This document shows, one piece after another, positions 1 to 12,631 of a stretch of DNA of 64,000 bases. Origin of the DNA: Mytilus californianus (taxonomy: Eukaryota); contig NW_026262690.1 in the NCBI RefSeq assembly GCF_021869535.1, forward strand, positions 110,608,001 to 110,672,000. The letters are read 5' to 3'. The number at the start of each line of letters is the position of its first letter. The stretch's first letter is position 1. The translations under genes were made by a program, and so were the position numbers. The notes below the pieces were generated by a model. It saw only the letters and a list, made by a program, of their open reading frames with translations. It searched no databases and was not told the DNA's origin.

Positions 1-120
1 ACGTGTAGGTTTATTCTTCTATATTCAGAGGTTATAAGAAGAGTCTCGGAGAACAAAGGTGCACGTGTAGGTTTCTTTACTTTTATTCAGAGGTTATAAG
101 AGGCGCGGAAAACAAAGACA
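1..120 (+). repeat. Two copies of a 62-bp unit at the window edge
   Basis: acgtgtaggttt...attcagaggttataag...aacaaag repeats at 1 and 63. Confidence 0.7.
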
Positions 121-3100
121 ATTCGCAAAGGAGAACGATCTTATGATGTAAGGCGAAGTAAGTAGTAATTTTTATCTTATAAAAAGGGGGTACTTTCAAT
201 TTAGTTTCGAGATGAATGAGATATTGGAAAGAGGCCAAGACAAATTGCGCAAATAATTCCATATAAATATATGTTGCAAATAAAAAGAAAAAAAGTATAA
301 TATATTAGTCAAATTTGAAAGTTTTAGCTGTAATAATATATATCTTCCTTCATAGATCTTTATAGCTATTCGCTCTATTTTTCAGAGAAGACAGAGAAGA
401 AAAATCATAAAAAAATCAAATTAAATTGGTGTTAGACATTATAACCCCTACATTTACTAAAAGTACTTGTTTTCCGGTAGATATAGATTTCATTCAAAAA
501 GTTTTACTTTGGTGAAAGTTGTGAATTAGTGAAATTTATATATTATTTATATTAATATTATAAGTATACTTAATTCTAAAGAAAGTGATGCATACCAGTG
601 ATATCAAATCAAATCAAAATGTTTTGAAGATTTCCACCAATTTTAATTGTATTTGAGTTTTTTGCAATTTGTGTAAACATAATAGTTACTATTCATTTGG
701 ACGATTAAATATATACATCTACATGATCGAAACATTATTTAAAATCTGCTTGAGGTTCATAAAAAATCTAACAACTTATCTTCTTAATAAATCAGAAAAA
801 AAACCAGATGAGAATCAGCTCTCTCAGGCCCGTGACGACGGATTAATGCATTAAATTTTTTATTTTACATTTACGTATTTGTTATTTATTTGAACTTAAA
901 GGACACATTAAAGATCAAAAGACGCTGATAAAGTACTGACGTAAAAACTTGTAAAAGTCAACACATTCAACAATTTTATCTTGAAAACCTATCAGATCGA
1001 CACAGGTTAAAACCAGTACTTGGACGTTATAGTGGACATAACAACAAAACTATGTACATATCATCACCGAATTATGTAGATAAAGCCATTACCTTTGTGA
1101 TTTATTAATTAACAAGCTATAATATTCCTCCTGGACAGTTGGTCAAAATAATGAATAGACTTGTTTGTTTTTGTTGACATTCAGTGCAATTGTATTGCTT
1201 TGATTTACCAGGGGGGTTAAACGGGTACGCAAGTCGAGTGGAGTTAGCCTGAAAATATAGAGATTTATGATAGGATTTTCAAATTAAATGACAAAGATGA
1301 GAAATGTTTCTCTAAGGGTCAATATCAGTCTACTTGCATGTGGTCTATATTGATATAAACTTCCCGCACTTTTGTCTTGAATACAAAATCAAAGCGTATG
1401 GTGTAAGAATTTAAACGAAATAAGAGCAAGTACTATGGAAGACAAGTGTACACAAACAAATCAAATATCAAACAGCGATTATGGTTCCAAAGGGGAAAAT
1501 ACATGTAGTCCTGATTCATTGTACATGTAGATATTACTTAGATTATTGAGAGAAATGTTTTATCTTTATCATGATTATAGAGGGTCTGGATGGGGGTCCT
1601 TCACTTCTGTATTCTTTAATTTTTAGGCCGTTTTTCTCTATTCTTTATACTTTTTGCCCATTATTCTCTATTCGTTATACTTTAGCACCTCATCATTCTC
1701 TAGTCTTCATTTTTTTTTGTACATGTTTCTCTATTCTTTATATTTTTGCCCATTCTTCTCTCTTCTTCCCCATCCCCACCATTATTAATTATAGAGAAAA
1801 ACTTGTTTGTCGTATTCACATATAAGAATGCTTGAAGGCGAATATGATACCGTCAAGAAGAAGAGCAGCAATGAAAGCTCCGTTTCTTTGATAAATTTGT
1901 TGTTTTTAGATAGACATTCATTCCATTGTGCATTCTTTCCCAACCAATAACACAATTTCAATTTCAGTTCTTCCATATTGATCGACAATCACAATAACGA
2001 ATACTTAACATGTGTGCTTTTATGTTTAGAATAATTGTACATTTTACAGAACATGAAATTGAATTACATTTTCATTTGAATCCGCATATTACTTTCACTG
2101 TTTGTTTAGAGTGCAACAAAATAAGATAAAACCAATAAAGATCTCTCTGGGAATCCTTTGTCTGTCCCGCACATTTCAAATATGAATGATAAAAGGAAAT
2201 TCTGGAGTGCGTAAATTAATAGAATGTGTTCTAATATCCCAATATTGCTAGTTTTGATATTTTATACAACTTTTATACAAAAACCTTTTTTGAACAAATG
2301 AATGAATGAATTTAACATTTCTGGAATTCTTTTGTATGACTATACTGTAGAGTAAGATATCAAAGACCCCAGCATGTCAAAATGTGCCATTGTAATTGAA
2401 ATCCCCTTTTTTGTGAAACTATGTTTTTCCCCTCCTCACGTCACATTTTTCACAATTTTTTTTTATTGCAAACAAACATTAAAAATCATAAATGAAACTG
2501 ACTAACTGCTGAAATATTCGACTACAAAAGCTTCTTTTTTTTTTTACAAAAAATGGTTGTTCACACCATCGTCCTTTAGTCTTAACAGATTATTATCTCA
2601 TTAGCTATACTTCCTTATCTCCTTATCATGTTTTATATCTTTAACAAAAAAATATTGAGATATTTGGATGGACTCTTTGCAATGCATGCGTAAACATGCT
2701 GTTTCTACCAATGATAAGGATATTATTCAAATGAGATGTCAGATTTGGCCATGGAAATAAGATTTTATATCTTTTATATGTATCTCCGTGTATCAATTTA
2801 TCCAGAAAAAAATCTTAGTTAACTATAATTTGCTTTCTGTACATCGAAACTTGCATCTGAAGTACATATTAGCAGTGTAATTACCAATGGGTGTCGTATT
2901 GAATACTTCTATTGACAATAATATTGATCTTATTTTAGAATTTGATAGATAAAGTGGCATCCTTATATCAATGGTCTGTCAGATACGAACCGTTTTATTT
3001 TATAACCGAGAAATAAGTTTGATTAATTCTGTACCATATTACAGAGCCATTAATCAAAAGTAGGTGAAACAAAACCTGTACTCGCTTGATACCAAAAATC

Positions 3101-3297
3101 AATTGAATTACGCGTTGAAAAATGCAATTTTGAGTAATTTGTGGTTGTTATTTTTAGGTATATGGAGCTGAGATATAGAAGATGAAATCTGACACTGTTA
3201 AGATGTAATGAACAGACATACTGTAAACAAATCACTACACGATTATATTGTAAACTTCCATGTGTGTTAGACACGCGCATCAGCACGGTCGAGAATA

Positions 3298-3475
3298 ATG
3301 AGTCGGCGTGCCAGTTTGTATGCTAAACAAAATCCAACCAAACCTCGACCTAAAGTTAGATTTTCCGATGAATTAGTCTTCTTGGATAATATAAAGGAAA
3401 ATGATATTCCAGCACTTGGATCAATGTTACGGAGAGCAAGTCTTCAAGTTGATATTAGTGGAATAAATGATGCAG
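3298..3475 (+). CDS. PPP1R27: PPP1R27-like PP1 regulatory subunit, coding exon 1 (MSRRASL...KVRFSDELVFLDNIKEND...INDAG)
   Basis: ATG in ataATG context; RVxF motif KVRF (aa19-22) followed by an LVFLD-type helix as in PPP1R27/MYPT N-termini; donor GCAG|GTCAGT at 3475/3476, phase 1, matching exon 2. Symbol assigned by recognised architecture, no database search. Confidence 0.85.
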
Positions 3476-3492
3476 GTCAGTACAAAAAAAAA

Positions 3493-4230
3493 GCAAGAAA
3501 TTCTGATTTAGGTAAGCACACTGGGCTTTTTCATGAAAGGAAAACCAGCAAGTAAATTCTGATTTAGGTAAGCACGCTGGGCTTTGTCGAGAAAGGAAAC
3601 CAGCAAGTAAATTTTGATTTAGATAAGCACACTGGGCTTTGTCGAGAAAAGGAAACCAGTAAGTAAATTCTGATTTAGATAAACACACTGGGCTTTGTCG
3701 AGAAAAGGAAACCAACAAGTACATTCTGATTTAGGTAGGTACGCTTGGCTTTATCATGAAAGGGAAACCAGCAAGTAAATTTTGATTAGGTAAGTAGACT
3801 GGGCTTTATCGAGAAAGGGAAACCAGCAAGTGGATTCTGTTATAAGAAAGTACGCTGGGCTTTGTCATGAAAGGGAAACCAACAAGTAAATTTTGATTAA
3901 GGTAAGTACACTGCATTGGTTTTGTCTTGTAAGGAAACCAGCAAGAAAATTCTGATTAAGGTAAGTATACTGTACTTTTGTCATGAAAAGAAAACCAGCA
4001 AATAAATTATGATGTACCGGTAGGTAAGAACACTGGGGTTTTTCATGAAGGGCAAAACTACCAATAAGCTATGACGTACTGGTGGGTACGAATGCTGGGT
4101 TTGTCATAAAAACTACAAGAAAATTCAGACGTACCGATTAGTAAGAACGCGGGGGGTTGTTTATTTAATGCAAAACTACAATTATATTCTATTGTACCGG
4201 TAGGAAAGAACACTAGGGTGTGTTCATGAA
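3493..4230 (+). repeat. ~56-bp minisatellite at the start of PPP1R27-like intron 1
   Basis: Unit ~gcaagtaaattctgatttaggtaagcacactgggctttgtcgagaaaggaaacca, about 12 copies, decaying 3'. Confidence 0.9.
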
Positions 4231-4499
4231 AAGTACATGGGTCTTTTGTCTTTATATTAGTTGTTTGTTGTGCCTTGTTCCGATCCCACGAGTCAAACCA
4301 TTTCCAACTGATTTTTACAGTTTGTTCTTATGTTGTGTTGTTACAAGTAGTTACTATCCCAGATTAGGGATATTTCTGCTCACAAACATGTTTAACCCTG
4401 CATAATTCTATGTGTGCCTGTCCTCAGTCAGGAGCCTGTAATTCAGTGGTTATCTTTGTTTGTTGTCTTCATATTTTGTTTTGTTTTATGGTATAGTTG

Positions 4500-4850
4500 A
4501 CAACGGATATCTAAGACGTCATTCAGTGGACAGATATCTAACACGTCATTCAGCTATCCGATATCTCACACGCTAGTTAGTAAACAGATATCTCACACGT
4601 CATTCACCAGTAATATCTTCTACGCTATTCAGTTAACATGTATCTCAAACGCCATTCAGTAAACAGATATCTCACACGTCATTCAGCAGACATGTATCTA
4701 ACTTTTTATTCAAAAAACATAGGTATTTTCCATGTCTGTCAACAAACACGGATCGCTCACATGTCATTCAGTGGACAGATATATTATTACATGTCATTCA
4801 GAGGCCATGTATCACACACGTCATTCAGTAGTCAAATATCTCATGCAGAT
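4500..4850 (+). repeat. 27-bp degenerate minisatellite
   Basis: gatatctcacacgtcattcagtaaaca-type units at 4506, 4533, 4560 and 4587 onward. Confidence 0.8.
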
Positions 4851-5151
4851 GGAAGAGTAAACAGTTGTCTGACCATGATTTGCAAATGATATTAACCCAC
4901 ATACCCAAAACAAAAATCAGAGGTATCATTTTTGAAACAGTTGACGGATATATAGATACATATTTAAAGAACGATATTTCACACACGAAATATAAATGAC
5001 ACACGATGTTCATCGAACGCCCCCCTTTTTTACCCCAATCCTTATTACTAGTATCTCCCGCGTTGGTTATGTAGTTGATGCATTATCAAAACTGTGGAAA
5101 ATCGGTTCATAGTTGATATGAGTTTGAAATGATTTTGTTATGATTTTTAAG

Positions 5152-5302
5152 GTTTAACGCCATTGCATCAAGCAGTTCTAGATGGAAACTTAATGGCAGT
5201 AAGATTACTAGTAGAACACGGTGCAAACATCAACAAACAAGACGACGATTACTGGACCCCTTTGCATGCCGCATGTGCAGAGGGACATGCCGAAATAGCT
5301 CA
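5152..5302 (+). CDS. PPP1R27: PPP1R27-like coding exon 2, ankyrin repeats (GLTPLHQAVLDGNLMAVRLLVEHGANINKQDDDYWTPLHAACAEGHAEIAQ)
   Basis: Acceptor tttttaag|GT at 5151/5152 and donor CA|GTAAGT at 5302/5303; two canonical TPLH ankyrin motifs; phases fit exons 1 and 3. Confidence 0.92.
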
Positions 5303-5574
5303 GTAAGTAAGTTTTGATTTTACTACCTTTTCCTTTGCTGGAACTTTTAAGAATTATATTGGGGATAAACTAAAACTTTTGCCCAAATTTTTTTTTCTGT
5401 GTAGATAGTGCAAGACATCTTTGATGAAACGTTCTAAAATTCACTCTAATCTTTTGAAAAGATAATATTTGTACCAATGATTCCATTTTTAATTTCCATA
5501 GTGATTCAGAGCCCGAACTAAGATACAACTTAAGCTCCGACTTAACAGGGGACAGTGTGATCACGATCTATAAC

Positions 5575-5762
5575 AAGTGGCGGATCAAGAATTGTTTAAA
5601 GGGGAGTGTAATTCCCGATAATTGTATAACGTGAAAACAATTTTGAACGATTTTTTAATAAACATTTATGTATATCGTGAAAAACATGAGATTCAAATAA
5701 AAATTGGTCGATCAAATGGGGGCGTACGCACCTTACCACAACCGACCTTGGATCTGCCACTG
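5575..5762. mobile_element. MITE with AGTGGCGGATC/GATCTGCCACT termini
   Basis: TIRs related to the 12.5 kb copy; ATAAC at 5570-5574 and 5763-5767. Confidence 0.75.
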
Positions 5763-5913
5763 ATAACAGAACTTGCACATTTCTCCTAGTAATGAACTTC
5801 TGATTATTCTCATCAGTGTAGGTCTTAAAATAATTCAAAACCAATGTAAACTATAAAATAAAAAATAAAGATGATTGTATATTAGGGTAAGCCTATTAGA
5901 TGACATTTGAGCA

Positions 5914-6048
5914 NNNNNNNNNNNNNNNNNNNNNNNNNNNNNNNNNNNNNNNNNNNNNNNNNNNNNNNNNNNNNNNNNNNNNNNNNNNNNNNNNNNNNNN
6001 NNNNNNNNNNNNNNNNNNNNNNNNNNNNNNNNNNNNNNNNNNNNNNNN
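5914..6048. other. Assembly gap (135 N)
   Basis: Run of N. Confidence 0.99.
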
Positions 6049-6254
6049 GACAAATGTATAATGTCAAAAATGACAAATTGTAGATATTAGAGTTGTCTTT
6101 CTTTGACCAGCTAGGGTAACATTTAATTATCCGGTGTGTTTGTCAAGTGATTAGATAAGATTTCACTGTTATAACATCTTATTTATGTATGTGCAGTGGA
6201 ACTAAAAATTAAATATTACGGATCAGGTCATACGTTTGCCCGTGGTTTAGCATA

Positions 6255-6720
6255 AAATGCTGTGTTAGCTTTTGCCATTACTTGACGTCCGTCGTCGTCG
6301 TCGTAAACTTTTAAAAAAAATCATCTCCTTTGAAACTGCTGGGCCAAATGTTACAAAACTTTACCTGAATGTTCCTTACGGGAATCTAGCTTAAAAAGTT
6401 ATATCAAGGGATTTGATCCGTCAACAAACATTGCTGCTTTTGCTTAAAATAGAACATAGGGCTAAAAATGCAGTTTTTGGCTTATGTCTCAAAAACTAAA
6501 ACTGTCATGATGTAAAACTGATCAGCAGGCCAAACAAGGCTTCCTTCTATTGAATTTTTAGAAAAAAAGAACCATCAAGTTAACGTCCCTGAAATGTCAA
6601 TTTTTAGCATTTCATTCTTGGCTTATATCTAAAAGCCAAAGCAGTAAGGGCAAAACTGACATATGATAAAAATGATCAACAGGTCAAGGTCTAACTCAGG
6701 GAATTTTCAGGAGTTATTGT
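6255..6720 (+). mobile_element. Truncated HINE-type fragment in PPP1R27-like intron 2
   Basis: cgtccgtcgtcgtcgtc microsatellite and core (aaaatagaacataggg) shared with the 60.3 kb element. Confidence 0.6.
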
Positions 6721-8169
6721 TCCTGCTATGTCAGCTTTTATCAAATGTCGAATTATGTGCTAGTTGTGTACTTATTTTCTTTAAACGACATCCACGGTTA
6801 GATGCGTATTCTGATTAGAAATATACGGCAGAGTTCTTAAGTCATGATTTATTCTGCTTTGTATAATATAAATGAGATGGATAACTTTGATAAATTGGTT
6901 TTTTAATTATGTCTTTCATGTCCGTCAATTATGCGGTGTGCTAATCAATTTATTAAAAAGTCCAGGTCACTGAGGAGAGTGGATTCAACAACTGCATAAT
7001 ATGTACATACACAATGTATATAAATTCATGTCTTTCTTTATTATTTTGTGATTTATTATGTAATATTTATTTTGTTTTCATGTATGCTATCAACCCCATT
7101 GGGGTATAATAGTGCATTTTAAAAAAAAAATGGTATAATGAAACCAAGGTGAGAATTCTATACAGGCGTTTTAGCGTCGTCATAGCCTACATGGTCTTGT
7201 ATATTTTAGAATTGTGCATCCTTCATAGCATATGTTGCAATTATATCCTAAGAAGATGCGTCCCATAGATAATAATATCATACTTACACCAGTCAAGTAC
7301 AGATAACCTAGTTAAATTATATCTCTTTGAAGCTGAAACCGTTAAAATTTTGTTGATATGAAATAGCTGCGAGCAGTCATCAGTTTAATACAAAAATGTC
7401 TGGTTTGAAATGAAGCCAAATTATAACAAAATGGAATTTATGCGTTACAGTGTGTTTATAATGATATAAAGTTAATGCATTTTCCAGCACTATTTACACA
7501 ACATACATATGGTTCAATCTGTACAACAGTTATCTGTGTTGGAGGGCCGACTCAGCCTATATGTACTCAACAACTGCAGTGATAGACCACTGCTTTGGCT
7601 TGAAAGTTCCATTTAGCTGGCACCATTTTTAACAGGAATTTTATGATAATTGCCTTAAGATTGACTGTGATACATGCCGTCTTCATTGAACTATCTGTGA
7701 CTAAACATTATATACTACTCAAAATTAACAATGGATTGAAATTCATGGAAAATGTTTTAAGCTTAAAAACTAAAATAAAATGTATTTGGTTGATCAAAAA
7801 ACGGTTAGTCTCTTTTATAAATGACTCTTAAATACACTTTATTTGGTTGATCTGAAATATCGCACCAGTATTTATTTATTCGATAACGCTTTCTAAAATG
7901 TCTATAATGAATACATAGTCCAAGAAAGGTGATGAAAAAGTCTCTTTGAATAGCGGTAGTTGAATTTTTGTTGAGAATATCACATTGAGTTTTAATGAAG
8001 ATTTCAAAGGTCATTGAAGTACGAATCTGTCTTGGCTCCCCCCACCACCACAACCATCTCCATAATCACCTTTCTTCAAATGTCCTAAAGATTTTTTTTT
8101 TCTTCATTTTTATTTATTATTTGTACCATGTACGTGTGTATAATAATATTCTATGTGTTCAATGTGCCA

Positions 8170-10385
8170 CCCACCTAACTTAGAGTAACATATCAATGTG
8201 CTAACCACTTAAAAGGAATATATCAATGTGCCACCAAGTTAAGAGGAAAATATCTTTGTGCAACCCGCTTAAGAGAAATATATCAATTTGTCACCCACAT
8301 AAGAGGAATATCGCAATGTGCCACATACTTAAAAAGGAATATGTAAATGTGCCACCCATTTAAGAGTGATATATCAATGTGCCACTTACTTAAGAGTATT
8401 AAATCAATATAAAAGGAATATATCAATGTGCCACCAACTTAAGAGTAATATATCAATATGCTACCCATTTCAGAGTAATATATCAATGTGCCACCCACTT
8501 AAGAGTAATATATCAATGTGCCACTCATTTAAGAGTATTAGATATACATAAGAGGAATATATCAATGAACCACCCACTTAGGAGTAATATATCAATGTGC
8601 CAGCCACTTAAGAGCAATATATCAATGTGCCACCCACTTAAGAGTAAAATATCAATGTACCAGCCACTTAAGAGGAATATATCAATGTTCCACCCAATTA
8701 AGAGGAATATATCTATGTGCCACCCACTTAGGAGGAAAATATCTATGTGCCACCCGCTTAAGAGAAATATATCAATTTGTCACCCACTTAAGAGGAATAT
8801 CTCAATGTTCCACCCACTTAAAAGAAATATTTAAATGTGCAAACCACTTAAGAGTAATATATCAATGTGCCACTCACTTAAGAGTATTAAATCAATATAA
8901 GAGGAATAAATCAATGTGCCACTCACTTAAGAGTTTTAAATCAATATAAGAGTAATAAATCAATGTGCCACCCACTTAAGAGTAATATATCAATGTGTCT
9001 TCCACTTAAGAGTACTAAATCAATGTGCCACCCACTTAAGAGTAATATATTAATGTACAACCCACTTAAGAGTAATAGATCAATGTGCCACCCACTTAAG
9101 AGTAATATATCAATGTGCCACCCACTTAAGAGTAATACATCAATGTGCCACCCACTTAAGAGTAATATATCAATGTGCCACCCACTTAAGAGTAATATAT
9201 CAATGTGCAACCCACTTAAGAGAAATACATCAATGTGCCACCCACTTAAGAGTAATATATCAATGTGCTACCCACTTAAGAGAGATATATCAATGTGCCA
9301 CCCACTTAACAGTAATATATCAATGTGCAACCCACTTTAGAGTAATATATCAATGTGCAACCCACTTAAGAGTAATACATCAATGTGCCACCCACTTAAA
9401 AGTAATATATCAATGTGCCACCCACTTAAGAGTAATACATCAATGTGCCTCCTACTTAAGAGTAATATATCAATGTGCCACCCCCTTAAGAGGAATATCT
9501 CAGTGTGCCACCCACTTAAAAGAAATATTTAAATGTGCCAACCACTTAAGAGTAATATATCAATGTGCCACTCGCTTAAGAGTATTAAATCAATATAAGA
9601 GGAATAAATCAATGTGCCACTCACTTAAGAGTTTTAAATCAATATAAGAGTAATAAATCAATGTGCCACCCACTTAAGAGTAATATGTCAATGTGTCATC
9701 AACTTAAGAGTAATAAATCAATGTGCCACCCACGTAAGAGTAATATATCAATGTACCATCCACTTAAGAGTAATATATCAATGTGCCACCCACTTAAGAG
9801 TAATATATCAATGTGCAACCCACTTAAGAGAAATACATCAATGTGCAACCCACTTAAGAGTAATATATCAATGTGCTAACCACTTAAGAGAGATATATCA
9901 ATGTGCCACCCACTTAAGAGTAATATATCAATGTGCAACCCACTTTAGAGTAATATATCAATGTGCCACCCACTTAAGAGTAATACATCAATGTGCCACC
10001 CACTTAAAAGTAATATATCAATGTTACACCCACTTAAGAGTAATACATCAATGTGCCTCTCACTTAAGAGTAATATATCAATGTGCCACCCACTTAAGAG
10101 TAATATATCAATGTGCAACCCACTTAAGAGTAATACATCAATGTGCCACCCACTTAAGAGTAATACATCAATGTGCCACCCACTAAAGAGTAATACATCA
10201 ATGTGCCACCCACTTAAGAGTAATATATCAATGTGCCACCCACTTAAGAGTAATATATCAATGTACCATCCACTTAAGAGTAATACATCAATGTGCCACC
10301 CATTTAAGAGTAATACATCAATGTACCATCTACTTAAGAATAATATATCAATGTGCAACCCACTTAAGAGTAATACATCAATGTG
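8170..10385 (+). repeat. 30-bp satellite, about 70 copies (ATGTGCCACCCACTTAAGAGTAATATATCA), in intron 2
   Basis: Exact 30-bp periodicity, more homogeneous in the 3' part. Confidence 0.97.
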
Positions 10386-11247
10386 TACTCAGGGAAACTC
10401 AAGGGTTATATATAAATGTGCCATTCGACTTTACATCGAAAATGTCATTCCTTTAAATCATCAAAAATGTTTGCATGGAATAAATTTATATGGATTTTAA
10501 AGTTGTTCTAAGGCAAGAAAATGAATTGAATACCAAATGATGTAAGAACGATAACTCTAATTATATTGTCTTGCTTGTCTGTCCAGTATTTACATAGTAC
10601 GTAGTTAAATATTCCCTGTATGCTGTTCTTTTATTTCATAAAATGTTAACATGACCTAAGATACAGAAAACTGTATGAGATGTTGGTATGAGAGATCCTC
10701 TTGTATTTTATAAATATTTCTGCCAAATATTTAAGAATCTACTGATCTGTCGAAGGTGAACGTCTGTAGATGTCCTTTTTATTTCATATGCTTATATTTT
10801 TTGCTCTTGTCATACATATCACAGGTGCTTGAAACAGGATATTGATTCTGGAAACAGTTACAGTCATTCACCTTTTTCTGTGCGAGTCTTCACCATTAAT
10901 TCTCATTCCACTATCCTATACTCGACTGGGGATCAGGAAGAATTAATAAGGTCATACATATAAATCATTAAATAATGTAATTGTGCTTAAACTAAGGTTG
11001 CATCTCCCTTGGGCAAAGTTGACCTTTAACTGTTTTAGCTGTTCTATTTAGGCCCACGGTGATCTTAATGCTATCAATGGTTTTATAGTCTTTGTTCATG
11101 GGTGTACCTCATTGTATACGCAGGTGGAGCGCCCACGAGGTCACAGAAGCTAACATTGTTGGGCTTACTTTGTAGTTTTAGCCCTGTATAACTCTCTTTA
11201 TCAGACGCAGAATGTCAATCGTAGAAGTGTTACGTTTATTTAAGACG

Positions 11248-11345
11248 TATAGAATAGAATAGAATATTTTTATTTCCCAAATTACAGGGTCCATAACGGA
11301 CATAAAAATCAGTTACAATTGATTAACATAATTGATAATCGTATA
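11248..11345 (-). mobile_element. LINE 3' tail remnant
   Basis: (TAGAA)n followed by atatttttatttccc...gggtcc, resembling the tail of the 23.4 kb copy. Confidence 0.5.
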
Positions 11346-11848
11346 TATATTATAAAAACATATTGATGTGACAGCATGGAAGAATTTATCATCCTTTACG
11401 ACTGACAAAGTCTGATCAGCAAGGTATCCCATCTACATGGCATCATACATCGTGTACTGTGTTACTAACCTAGGTAAAGCCAACGAGGAAGACAAACACA
11501 TATATATTTTATATAGCCTAGTTGGTCGAATGGTCTAGGTGGTTGGACATAGTGCAGGCCGTGGAGTTGCCACAATGCCAAAGAAGCATGGTTTCTAAAG
11601 AAAAGACAAAAATTTGCTACCACAATTTGATTTGAGACGAACTTTGCCTAATTTGTTACTATCCGATGGAGTATGTCAGTCGTAAAGTTGTCACATATTC
11701 CGACGTGTATATTAATATATGGTTATTGACAAAAGCACGTGTTGTGAGCTGCTGTGCGCAAGGAAATCATATAATTTGTTTTTATTATCAAGATCATTAG
11801 GAAACCACAAAGTAGATAAAATAATGAAAAACCTTTTTTTTCCCACAG

Positions 11849-12020
11849 AATATTACTGGACCATGGAGCCGATAGGACCATACTTACCGATGAAGGAGAG
11901 AGACCTTTAGATTTAGTAGATCCTTCGGATTTCGCTACTATACGTGTCATGCTGGACAATAACAAACAAGAGGAAGACTCGCAGACTAGTGAAGATGATC
12001 TAGACGATTGTAATTCATGA
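11849..12020 (+). CDS. PPP1R27: PPP1R27-like coding exon 3 (ILLDHGADRTILTDEGERPLDLVDPSDF...DDCNS*)
   Basis: Acceptor ttttttttcccacag|A at 11848/11849 completes CA+A=Gln; the LLDHGAD...GERPLDL ankyrin end resembles the PPP1R27 C-terminus; TGA at 12018-12020; total CDS 501 nt = 166 aa. Confidence 0.9.
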
Positions 12021-12489
12021 CGTGAAATCACAGAAATCAAAGTATTGTCGGGCAATGAATGACAGTGAAACTTTCCTTGTTTCAAAATCCACAACGTACA
12101 TGTATATCTCCGTTCATTTTATTCTAGACATAACAGATGTTTATGTGTCACAGTTTATTTCAACGGGTAAATGAGAAAAACAAGTTATGATTTATCATTT
12201 AGAATGTACATTTAAAAACATTTGAAATTAACATAAAGCTGTCCGGGTTCAAAAGTTTCAGATTGTTCATTTGCCTGCAGGAAAGTTGTGAAATTAAAAA
12301 GTATTCGTTCTTGGAATAGGATCTACATCATGGAAATCTGTTTCAAGACTTTAATCTATCTTATTGATGTTCAAACCCTGAAATTTCGATATTGTCTCCA
12401 CAGCGAAAGTAGGAACGGGAAATTATGTTAAGTTTTTAATTAAGCTCAATTATCATCTTTTTTCAGTTTCTCAAAAATAGAAATATAAC

Positions 12490-12631
12490 CAGGGGCGGAT
12501 CCAGCCATTTTTTAAAGGGGGTTCCAACCCAGGATAAAGGGGGGTTCCAACCATACCTCCCAACTCAAAAGCATTGATCGTCAAAAAAAGGGGTGTTCCA
12601 ACCCTCGGAACACCCCCTGGATCCGCCACTG
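12490..12631. mobile_element. MITE with CAGGGGCGGATCCAG/CTGGATCCGCCACTG termini
   Basis: Clear TIRs; ATAAC on both sides (12485-12489, 12632-12636). Confidence 0.85.

Noticed and set aside
90-163. Possible 5'UTR exon of the PPP1R27-like gene (donor GAA|GTAAGT at 157/158; acceptor ttttag| at 3157)
   Set aside because: Plausible, but single short splice motifs are common by chance; not reported as a feature without transcript data.
1571-1825. Hydrophobic ORFs at 1571, 35806 and 57759 resembling membrane peptides
   Set aside because: They are translations of three copies of one T-rich MITE.
5835-6076. ORFs spanning N runs (also 43152-43410)
   Set aside because: Artefacts of assembly gaps.
8366-10500. 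Long ORFs (MCHPLKSNIS)n and (WHIDILLLSG)n as protein genes
   Set aside because: They are translations of a 30-bp intronic satellite, are broken by stops and have no splice support.
11512-11570. tRNA-like head gcctagttggtcgaatggtctagg
   Set aside because: Only an A-box-like motif; no B box or cloverleaf; at most a decayed SINE head.
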